Shown piece after piece: positions 18,607 through 26,155 of a DNA stretch of 64,000 nucleotides. The notes beneath the pieces were generated by a model that did not search any database, was not told the origin of the DNA, and saw only the letters and a list, made by a program, of their open reading frames with translations. Made by a program: the position numbers and the translations under genes. Positions within the stretch are counted from its first letter, which is position 1. Each line of letters starts with the position of its first letter. The stretch comes from Spirochaetia bacterium. GTDB taxonomy: Bacteria; Spirochaetota; Leptospiria; Turneriellales; JAOUOS01. The DNA is taken from the NCBI GenBank assembly GCA_029880285.1, contig JAOUOS010000001.1, forward strand, positions 131,131-195,130. Direction: 5' to 3'.

Positions 18607-18945
18607 TGGAGACGGCGGGAGTTGAACCCGCGTCCTACCGCACAAATAAAAGCTTTCTACATGCTTAGTTTGTATTTTGTTTTCAGAAATTTATTCTCTA
18701 CAAACAAAGTCAAAATTTCCCAGCGAATATTTTCTCAACAATGTTTATTCGCGTCACACTGCCCAGCTTTCTAAGGTTATACCATAAAAGTTGACGAAAG
18801 CATTCAATTTTCACGGTGTTTGGCTAATTATGCAGCCAAAGCAAATTCATTATTGTCGGCAGTTATTACCGATTCCCTTTTTAGAAGAGGGTACTTCGCG
18901 TGCTTTTCTTTCACTCAAAACGGCAGTCGATACCAGTTCGTCCCC
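18607..18945 (-). ncRNA. ssrA: tmRNA (transfer-messenger RNA)
   Basis: On the minus strand the 5' end is GGGGACGAACTGGTATCGAC and the 3' end is GGACGCGGGTTCAACTCCCGCCGTCTCCA. The acceptor stem pairs with the diagnostic G3:U. The internal tag ORF is GCC GAC AAT AAT GAA TTT GCT TTG GCT GCA TAA = ADNNEFALAA* (18828-18860). Length is 339 nt. Confidence 0.92.
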
Positions 18946-18980
18946 TTCAAAGAACAATAAGCCTTTTAGCTTAATATTAT

Positions 18981-19007
18981 ATTATAATAAATCAAATCAT
19001 TTGTCAA
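18981..19007 (-). promoter_or_regulatory. Candidate sigma70-type promoter for ssrA
   Basis: On the minus strand, TTGACA (19002-19007) and TATAAT (18981-18986) are separated by 15 nt; TAATAT is available at 17 nt. This is ~36 nt upstream of the mature tmRNA 5' end, consistent with a processed precursor. Confidence 0.4.
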
Positions 19008-19059
19008 GTATTTTTAATCATTTCTATTTTACAATTTCGGTAGTTTATTAATACATTTC

Positions 19060-19087
19060 TTGACAACAGATTAAAAAATAATAATAT
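19060..19087 (+). promoter_or_regulatory. Candidate sigma70-type promoter directly abutting the cheY start codon
   Basis: TTGACA (19060-19065), a 16-nt spacer, then TAATAT (19082-19087). The ATG at 19093 is only 5 nt downstream and no SD is present. Confidence 0.4.
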
Positions 19088-19092
19088 ATCTC

Positions 19093-19455
19093 ATGGCAAG
19101 AATATTACTGGTAGATGATTTGGCGTTTATTAAAATAGTTGAAAAAGATATACTTGAAAAAAACGGTCATGAAGTAGTTGCCGATGCCGCGAATGGTAGT
19201 GATGCTATAAGGCTATTTAAAGAAACGCGTCCTGATATGGTAATTATGGATATTACAATGCCCGGCGTAAACGGTTTAGAAGCATTGAATAAAATTTTAG
19301 AAATTGATCCTAGCGCGAAAGTAATTATGTGTTCAGCTTTAGGACAGCAAAATTTAATTATGCAGGCAATTGAGTCTGGGGCTAAAGATTTTATTGTTAA
19401 GCCATTTAAACCCGATAGACTTATTTCTTCAATTGAAAAAGCTCTTTCTCAATGA
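19093..19455 (+). CDS. cheY: CheY-like single-domain response regulator
   Basis: 120 aa. LLVDD, the phospho-acceptor context MVIMDITMPGVNG, CSALG, and KDFIVKPF. Confidence 0.85.
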   Translation: MARILLVDDLAFIKIVEKDILEKNGHEVVADAANGSDAIRLFKETRPDMVIMDITMPGVNGLEALNKILEIDPSAKVIMCSALGQQNLIMQAIESGAKDFIVKPFKPDRLISSIEKALSQ

Positions 19456-20954
19456 GAAATAAATTAAATTTATTTATAATATTAATAATTTTTCCGGTAC
19501 GAATCTTATTAAGTAAAGATAATATATATAATGGCGAGGTCTCTTATCCTCAAAATTATAATTTATTTATTTATACACCCTATATTCAGGCAGATAAATC
19601 TAAATTCTACCTTAGCTCTTTAGTTAATAATTTATTAAAAGATAATTTATTAATTCAAAAATCTGCCTATATCCCCAATGCGAAACCTCATAAAATAATT
19701 TATCCTTATCCTCCGTTAAAAGAAAATGGAAAATATATAGAAGATCCAAATTATAATTACTTATCTTCAAAGAAGAATAATAATTTATATTTTCCAATAA
19801 AAATTGAACTTATAAATACAAATAAATCTATAGAGAATTTTTTTCAAAAAATAGACAACGAAAAAATAGATTTTCTAAAGGCAAACTCGTATCACTTATT
19901 GCAAAAAATTGAGCATAAAAATTCCGAAAGTTTTTTTAGCTTAACAATTTTATTATATTGGGAAAATCAATTAATATTTAATATTAGTCAAATTATTGAT
20001 GAAGAAAACGCAAGTAATGGAATTAAACTAATCTCTGATAAAATTAGAGAAAAGTTAAGCGGCTCAAACTGGGGACATCTTGAAGTATTAAGCGAACCAA
20101 GCCAGGCATCAGTATATCTTGACGATCAATTTATCGGTAAAACTCCTTTATCAGAAAGATATTTGCCCGCATTGCCATACAAATTAAGTATACAGAAAAA
20201 AGGATATTTACCTACATTAAAAACAATTAATGTAAACACCGGAGAAACCTCAGGTTATTCTGAAAAATTAATAAAAGCAAAATCCACCGGTTCTATAACT
20301 ATTACATCAGTTCCAGAAAACGCTTTTATATATTTAGATTCAGAATACAAAGGTAAAACGCCATTAAAATTAAATGAGATTGAAGAAGGCGTTCATCAAT
20401 TAAAAATTTCAAAAAAAGAATACCAAAGTTATTATAAAACCTTTTTTATTTCTGAAGATATTAATGAGATTTCAATAGATATATCTTTAGAATCTGGCTC
20501 TGATATAAAGCTAACACGAACTGATTCTTCTTTTTCAACTGTTTTTAATTATGAAAATTTCTTTTATAGTTTTTTAACAGCTTCTGCTTTTTTTGCGGGC
20601 GGGGGTTTGTTTTATAGTTATAAAATGGATAAAGAAGAAGAAATTCTGGCAAAAAACTTAAGCTCAAATGAATTTGAAAGTATTAATTTAGATGAATTTT
20701 CATTTAATGAACAAGATTTAAGACTCATAGAATCAGGTGTTTCAAAAATACGTTATTATCAAAAATTATCAGATTATTCTTTTATGAGCGCTGGTTTTTC
20801 TCTTTTGATCTCGGTCTATTTTTTTTACAAATCAATTTCAACAGTAGAAAATAATTTTGCTTTTAATAATAATTTCAGTAAATTCTCTTTACAAGCATTT
20901 TCAAGTTTTAACAAAAACTCTGGTTATGATCTAAGAATGATTTATCATTTCTAA
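19452..20954 (+). CDS. PEGA-domain membrane protein
   Basis: Signal peptide. Two PEGA-like repeats (LSEPSQASVYLDDQFIGKTPL...LSIQKKGY and ITSVPENAFIYLDSEYKGKTPLKL...LKISKKEY). Two C-terminal hydrophobic segments. Its start overlaps the cheY stop (ATGA). Confidence 0.7.
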   Translation: MRNKLNLFIILIIFPVRILLSKDNIYNGEVSYPQNYNLFIYTPYIQADKSKFYLSSLVNNLLKDNLLIQKSAYIPNAKPHKIIYPYPPLKENGKYIEDPNYNYLSSKKNNNLYFPIKIELINTNKSIENFFQKIDNEKIDFLKANSYHLLQKIEHKNSESFFSLTILLYWENQLIFNISQIIDEENASNGIKLISDKIREKLSGSNWGHLEVLSEPSQASVYLDDQFIGKTPLSERYLPALPYKLSIQKKGYLPTLKTINVNTGETSGYSEKLIKAKSTGSITITSVPENAFIYLDSEYKGKTPLKLNEIEEGVHQLKISKKEYQSYYKTFFISEDINEISIDISLESGSDIKLTRTDSSFSTVFNYENFFYSFLTASAFFAGGGLFYSYKMDKEEEILAKNLSSNEFESINLDEFSFNEQDLRLIESGVSKIRYYQKLSDYSFMSAGFSLLISVYFFYKSISTVENNFAFNNNFSKFSLQAFSSFNKNSGYDLRMIYHF

Positions 20955-20958
20955 CCGT

Positions 20959-22110
20959 TTAACCTTTTAATAAATATGCTTTTTTTATCGAAGCAATACT
21001 TTCTATATTTGGTTTAGCATTAGGAAATATAAAAAATGGAACCCTTGACTGCGGTATCTCTAAATACTCATAGGCAGAAAAAGTAGCTGCTCTAAAAAGC
21101 ATACTTTCTGAAAAAAATCCTGTTTTATATACCGCGTAAATTTCATCTAAAATAGACACGTCAGGACTTGAAGCCGCACTATCGGTTCCTAATAATAACC
21201 GAATAGGAGTTTTTTGAAGTAATTCCCAATTTTTTCTTATCTCGCCAATATTTTCATTTGAGCGGTGGCACAAAACCCATGCAGCATGAGGAATTATTTT
21301 TTCAAGATATTCTAAATCTTTTTTCATTGCGTGAACCAGATGAACTAAAATAAGTTTTTTAAAAGAAAACATCCCCATAGAATTTAAATAATCAAGTAAA
21401 TAAATATTAAAAATTTTAGTATATTTTTCATATAAACCCATTGTTCTTAAAAATTCAAAGGTTTTACCTCTTTCATACGCAAATTCAATCTCATCAATTG
21501 TCTCAAATAGATGTATTGACATTGTTGTAAAACGCGCAAATTCTCTGACAAATGACATAATTTGCGGTGAACTCCCATAATAAGAGTGTGGTGTAGGAAA
21601 AATTTTAGCATCATAACCCATTACTTCTTCTACGATTTTTATGTTTTCTTCGGCCCTTTTTGTATTAAAACCTAATATTTCAAAAAAGCGATATCCTTGA
21701 AAATTTTTTATATTGCGTAAAAAATCTATAAAAAACGAATCGTTACAAATATCATTATAAAAGAATGTACCGCGTGAAAAAGCATAGTTAATCTCTTCTT
21801 TTGCTTTTTTTATCATATCTTTTTCTTTTATTTTTTCTCGATTTTCCATAATTTGTTTAGAAAAGTCTAATACTCCATTACCTAAACGAATTTTGCCCTT
21901 TAAGGCAGATAGTGACAAATGAGAATGCGCGTTTACAAACCCCGGAATTACGACTCCATCTATTAATTTTTTAGAAAAAAATTCTTTTGGTGGTTTACCA
22001 AAACCTCTGTCTAAAATTTTATTGCCGCCAATTATAAACCAAGGGTCTTTTTTAAAATGACCTTCTGAGTTTAATCCCCACTGGGCTTTGTAAACCTGAA
22101 ATATATTAAT
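20959..22110 (-). CDS. Amidohydrolase-family metal-dependent hydrolase (chlorohydrolase/deaminase-like); start codon uncertain, proposed ATT
   Basis: The track ORF begins at TTG 21918. The same frame stays open upstream to a TGA at 22129-22131 and encodes ...KILDRGFGKPPKEFFSKKLIDGVVIPGFVNAHSHLSLSAL, which is the HxH metal-binding motif. The C-terminal part has LLLGTDSAAS. There is no ATG, GTG or TTG in the extension. ATT at 22108-22110 is preceded by AAGAGG. Confidence 0.65.
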   Translation of the reverse strand: MNIFQVYKAQWGLNSEGHFKKDPWFIIGGNKILDRGFGKPPKEFFSKKLIDGVVIPGFVNAHSHLSLSALKGKIRLGNGVLDFSKQIMENREKIKEKDMIKKAKEEINYAFSRGTFFYNDICNDSFFIDFLRNIKNFQGYRFFEILGFNTKRAEENIKIVEEVMGYDAKIFPTPHSYYGSSPQIMSFVREFARFTTMSIHLFETIDEIEFAYERGKTFEFLRTMGLYEKYTKIFNIYLLDYLNSMGMFSFKKLILVHLVHAMKKDLEYLEKIIPHAAWVLCHRSNENIGEIRKNWELLQKTPIRLLLGTDSAASSPDVSILDEIYAVYKTGFFSESMLFRAATFSAYEYLEIPQSRVPFFIFPNAKPNIESIASIKKAYLLKG

Positions 22111-22261
22111 AAATTGCCTCTTACAATTTCAAGATAATTTTAATTTTATTGCTCTTCTTTTATCTAAAAGTGTAACAGTAGGTCAAATTAAAAATAAACA
22201 TTTATTTTATATTTTGCGGACATTTTTATAAAAATTACTATATTATATAAATCTTTTAGCT

Positions 22262-22288
22262 TGAAAACCCAAAATATTTGGCCGATAG
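22262..22288 (+). promoter_or_regulatory. Candidate sigma28 (FliA)-type promoter for the cheA operon
   Basis: TGAA-N15-GCCGATAG compared with the consensus TAAA-N15-GCCGATAA. The -10 box (22281-22288) ends 6 nt before the cheA ATG at 22295. Confidence 0.45.
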
Positions 22289-22294
22289 TATACC

Positions 22295-25200
22295 ATGGTT
22301 ATAACACAAGATCAAGAAGAAATCAAAATATTTCTAGATGAATTAGAAGAAAGTTTAAATTATTTAGATGATGCCATTATGGCTCTTGAAGAAAACCCCA
22401 GTGATAGAGAAAATATAGAAGAAATATTCAGAGTAGCTCATACAATAAAAGGAAGTGCCGGATTTTTAGATTTAAAAAATCTGGTTGGTCTTGGGCACGC
22501 GATGGAAAGTGTTTTTCTTGAGTTCCTAAACGGAAATATGGCTGTCTCAAAGGATGTTATAGATACTCTTCTAGAGTGTAAAGACGCTATAAAAGCTATA
22601 GGCAAAGCACTTGGCAATAATCAAAATACAGAAAGCATTAAAACTGAAGATTTAATAAATAAAGTTAATCAATTTTTACAGGCTGCTAATAAAAAAAATG
22701 GTAAATCATCTGATTTGGTAAAAAAAGTATCTGATGATAAAAGTACAGTTGATGATAAACTTACGGATAATATTGAAGTAATACCGGGTACTATACTGGT
22801 CAGGCTATGGATATCACCCAATGAAATGGCTCCTTCTATTAGAGCATTCTTAATTCAAAAGAGATTAAGTGATATTGTTGAAATTGTTAAACAAGAACCA
22901 TCTGAAGACGCTTTAGAAACAGAAGATTTTACTACACAATATGACAGAGAAATTCGATTTTGGGTACAGGCCGACGTTTCTAAAGATGAAATTAAAAAAG
23001 CTGTTAGTGTTGATTTAATTGAAAAAGTTGAAATACATGAAGAAGATGAAGATGAATCAAAAGAAATATCTAAAGAAAAATTAAAAACTGAACCTACCAA
23101 TGAAGAAAAAAAGCAAACTGCGGCAAAATCTAAGACTGATGAAATAGAATCCAGCGATTCTGTACGTATTCCCGTAACCCGGCTAGATGTACTACTTAAT
23201 TTGGTTGGAGAATTGGTAATTGCTAACAGCGGATTTGTTCAAATTCAAGATGATATAAAAAATATAATTGAGTTAAGCCATCTTAACAGACGTGTTCGTG
23301 ATAAAACAAGAGAATTATTTAGAATTTCTGGCGATATTCAAGAATTAATAATGAAATCACGTCTTGTTCCTGTTGGTCAATTATTTAATAGATTTAAAAG
23401 ATTTGTAAGGGATTACTCATCAAAAACAAATAAAAATATTAAATTAGTGCTTTCTGGCGAAGAAACAGAAATTGATAAAAAAATAATAGATGAAATGATA
23501 AAGCCCCTAACCCATATAGTTAGAAATTCAGTGGACCATGGTATAGAAACATCTGATACAAGAGCCTCTATGGGTAAGCCGGCAGTTGGAACTTTAAACT
23601 TAGAAGCTTCTCAGGAAGGTAATTATATAAATATTATTGTCAAAGATGATGGCAAAGGTATTGACATTGAAAAAGTCATAAATAAGGCAGTAACAAAAGG
23701 CATAATTACTAAAGAAGAAGGAGATAATCTCTCAGAAGAAGAAGCTCTGAATTTAATTTTTCATCCGGGGTTTTCAACAAAAGATGAAGTAACTGATATT
23801 TCGGGACGCGGCATTGGTATGGATGTTGTTAAAAGAAGTGTCGAGTCATTAAATGGCAGCATTCAAATTGATTCTTTTATTGATGCAGGAACGACAATGA
23901 CAATAAAGCTGCCTTTAACATTAGCAATTCTCAACGCATTAATTGTAAAAGTGGGTGTTGAAAAATTTTGTATTCCAATGTCTACAATTATTGAAACACA
24001 AAAAATTGATAGTAAAAACTTTATAACCATCGAAGGTAATGAAATGGTTCGATTAAGAGATACAATAATACCCATTGTGCGTTTGGCAGATATTTTTGAT
24101 GTTTCTCCCGATCCGAATTTTGTTTTAAATGAAGAAAAATCAGTGATTATTGTTGAATATAATGAATCTCTCGTTGGATTATATGTAGATGAATTTTTAA
24201 ACCGTCAGGAAATGGTTATAAAATCATTAGCTGAACATTTTAAACAAATAGATGGAGTTTCAGGCGCTTCTATTTTAGGCGATGGAAACATTATTCTTAT
24301 TCTTGATGTTCATGGTATTATGAAATTATTTAAGGGATATAAAGAAAAAATAGTTGAATTAAGAAAACAGCAAAAAATAGATTCTGAAAGATTAAAAGAT
24401 GATATTAGTAAATTAAAATTATTTTCAAAACAACAATCCTTTTTAAAGCAATCTCACATAAAAGAAGATGATGAAACTGATCTAATTGAAGAATCTTCAT
24501 ACGAAACAGAAGAATCTACTCAAAAGCCCAAAATAAAATTATATACAAAAAGACAGGAAGAAAAGCCGACAACAGATCAAGTTGAAACTCCAGAAGAGGT
24601 TCCGGTATCTGAAAAATCTGCTTTTAACGACAAAGAAATACTCGAAACAGAACCCGCAACTCTTGACGATTTTGACAATGAAGATGAAGAAATAGAAGAA
24701 GCAGATTATTCAGATCTTCCCGAAGAAATAAGAAGCCGCTTAGAATTAGCTGAAGAAATGCAAAATGTAAACAGCATAAAGAAATTGCATAAATTATTTG
24801 AACCCGAAAATGTTAATATGTTAAAACAGTGGCTTTTACAGGGTAATACAAGAGCTATTCAAGGTTTACAGCAGTTAACAGGTAATTCAGAAATCAAGGT
24901 GGGCCAAAGCAGAGCACGGCGATTAAGTTCAGATAAAACAGAAATTTTATTAAAAAAGTTAGAAGAATCATCTCAAGGTATGATTTCTTTTTTACTCCCA
25001 ATTTTACCTTTAGATGGGGCGATACATTTTATTCTTACACATAATAACGCCTCTAAGATAATTAAACATATGTTAAAAACGTTATCATTACCAGATCAAG
25101 AACATTTTGATTTAGAACCGCTAATGGAAGTCACAAATATTTTGGGAGCGGCATATACAAATAGCTTAACTACTGTAACAGAAGTAATGGTTGAACCCGG

Positions 25201-25381
25201 CGTACCCGAAATATTAAAAGGAACAGTAAAAATTAAAGAAATGATTGAAGGAAAAGTTGCCAGTGGCCACTTTAGTTTGTTATATATAGAGAATCAGTTT
25301 TTATGGGATGAAGAAGATATTTTAGCTGAACTTCTTATAATGCTGCCAGAGATAAAAGTTTTACAGGATAATGCAGTTTAA
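22295..25381 (+). CDS. cheA: Chemotaxis histidine kinase CheA with acidic linker and C-terminal CheC/CheX-like domain
   Basis: P1 Hpt (AHTIKGSAGFL), P3 (VRIPVTRLDVLLNLVGELVI), P4 HATPase (HIVRNSVDHGIE, DDGKGID, GRGIGMDVV) and P5 CheW-like (GASILGDGNIILILDV). These are followed by a ~150-aa D/E-rich linker and ~200 aa containing E-x2-N-x22-P (EVTN...P, nt 25115-25207). Confidence 0.9.
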   Translation: MVITQDQEEIKIFLDELEESLNYLDDAIMALEENPSDRENIEEIFRVAHTIKGSAGFLDLKNLVGLGHAMESVFLEFLNGNMAVSKDVIDTLLECKDAIKAIGKALGNNQNTESIKTEDLINKVNQFLQAANKKNGKSSDLVKKVSDDKSTVDDKLTDNIEVIPGTILVRLWISPNEMAPSIRAFLIQKRLSDIVEIVKQEPSEDALETEDFTTQYDREIRFWVQADVSKDEIKKAVSVDLIEKVEIHEEDEDESKEISKEKLKTEPTNEEKKQTAAKSKTDEIESSDSVRIPVTRLDVLLNLVGELVIANSGFVQIQDDIKNIIELSHLNRRVRDKTRELFRISGDIQELIMKSRLVPVGQLFNRFKRFVRDYSSKTNKNIKLVLSGEETEIDKKIIDEMIKPLTHIVRNSVDHGIETSDTRASMGKPAVGTLNLEASQEGNYINIIVKDDGKGIDIEKVINKAVTKGIITKEEGDNLSEEEALNLIFHPGFSTKDEVTDISGRGIGMDVVKRSVESLNGSIQIDSFIDAGTTMTIKLPLTLAILNALIVKVGVEKFCIPMSTIIETQKIDSKNFITIEGNEMVRLRDTIIPIVRLADIFDVSPDPNFVLNEEKSVIIVEYNESLVGLYVDEFLNRQEMVIKSLAEHFKQIDGVSGASILGDGNIILILDVHGIMKLFKGYKEKIVELRKQQKIDSERLKDDISKLKLFSKQQSFLKQSHIKEDDETDLIEESSYETEESTQKPKIKLYTKRQEEKPTTDQVETPEEVPVSEKSAFNDKEILETEPATLDDFDNEDEEIEEADYSDLPEEIRSRLELAEEMQNVNSIKKLHKLFEPENVNMLKQWLLQGNTRAIQGLQQLTGNSEIKVGQSRARRLSSDKTEILLKKLEESSQGMISFLLPILPLDGAIHFILTHNNASKIIKHMLKTLSLPDQEHFDLEPLMEVTNILGAAYTNSLTTVTEVMVEPGVPEILKGTVKIKEMIEGKVASGHFSLLYIENQFLWDEEDILAELLIMLPEIKVLQDNAV

Positions 25382-25393
25382 ATAAATGTCACT

Positions 25394-25774
25394 ATGTCTG
25401 AAATTGCGGGAACAAAAGTACTTATAGTTGATGATTCTGGATATATGAGGCAGGTAATACGAAAATACCTTGAGCCTCAGGGATTTATTATCATAGGTGA
25501 GGCCCAAGATGGCTGGGAAGCTATCCAAATGTTTGATGAATTAAGGCCAGATGTCGTAACAATGGATATATCCATGAAAAAGATGGGTGGTATAGAGGCT
25601 ACAAAAAAAATTAAAGAAATAGAACCCAAAGCAAAAGTAATCATGGTATCAGCATTAGGAGAAGCTCGGTTTATTAAAGAAGCAATAAAATCTGGCGCCA
25701 GTGATTTTATAATAAAACCATTTGCAGAAGAAAGATTAGTAACTTCAATAACAAATGTGGTAAAAAAGGGATAA
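25394..25774 (+). CDS. cheY: CheY-like single-domain response regulator
   Basis: 126 aa. LIVDDSGYMR, VVTMDISMKKMGG, VSALG, SDFIIKPF. Confidence 0.85.
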   Translation: MSEIAGTKVLIVDDSGYMRQVIRKYLEPQGFIIIGEAQDGWEAIQMFDELRPDVVTMDISMKKMGGIEATKKIKEIEPKAKVIMVSALGEARFIKEAIKSGASDFIIKPFAEERLVTSITNVVKKG

Positions 25775-25786
25775 AGGCAGAGTATA

Positions 25787-26143
25787 ATGGTAAGAATTTT
25801 AATTGTAGATGACGCTACTTTTATAAGAAATATGGTAAAAAAATCATTATTACCGACTGATTTTGAGGTCATAGCCGAAGCAGCAAATGGTTTAGAAGCA
25901 ATAAAATTATTTCAAGAATTAAAACCAGATATAATTACAATGGATATAACAATGCGCGGTATGGATGGTCTTACGGCTTTAGGAGAAATTTTGAAAAGTA
26001 ATCCTGAAGCTAAAGTAATTATGCTAAGTTCAATGGGTGAAGAAGGCTTAATTAAAAAAGCGATTAGTATGGGTGCAAAAGACTTTATAACAAAACCTTT
26101 TAAACCAGATAGACTTGTCAACGCAATACGCGCTATTGTATAA
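25787..26143 (+). CDS. cheY: CheY-like single-domain response regulator
   Basis: 118 aa. LIVDDATFIR, IITMDITMRGMDG, LSSMG, KDFITKPF. Confidence 0.85.
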   Translation: MVRILIVDDATFIRNMVKKSLLPTDFEVIAEAANGLEAIKLFQELKPDIITMDITMRGMDGLTALGEILKSNPEAKVIMLSSMGEEGLIKKAISMGAKDFITKPFKPDRLVNAIRAIV

Positions 26144-26155
26144 AAATTTTTAATA

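Noticed and set aside
18791-19051. 86-aa plus-strand ORF offered by the ORF track
   Set aside because: It overlaps the 5' half of the minus-strand tmRNA and its promoter, and its sequence has no protein-like features. The tmRNA explains the elevated GC content and the open frame.
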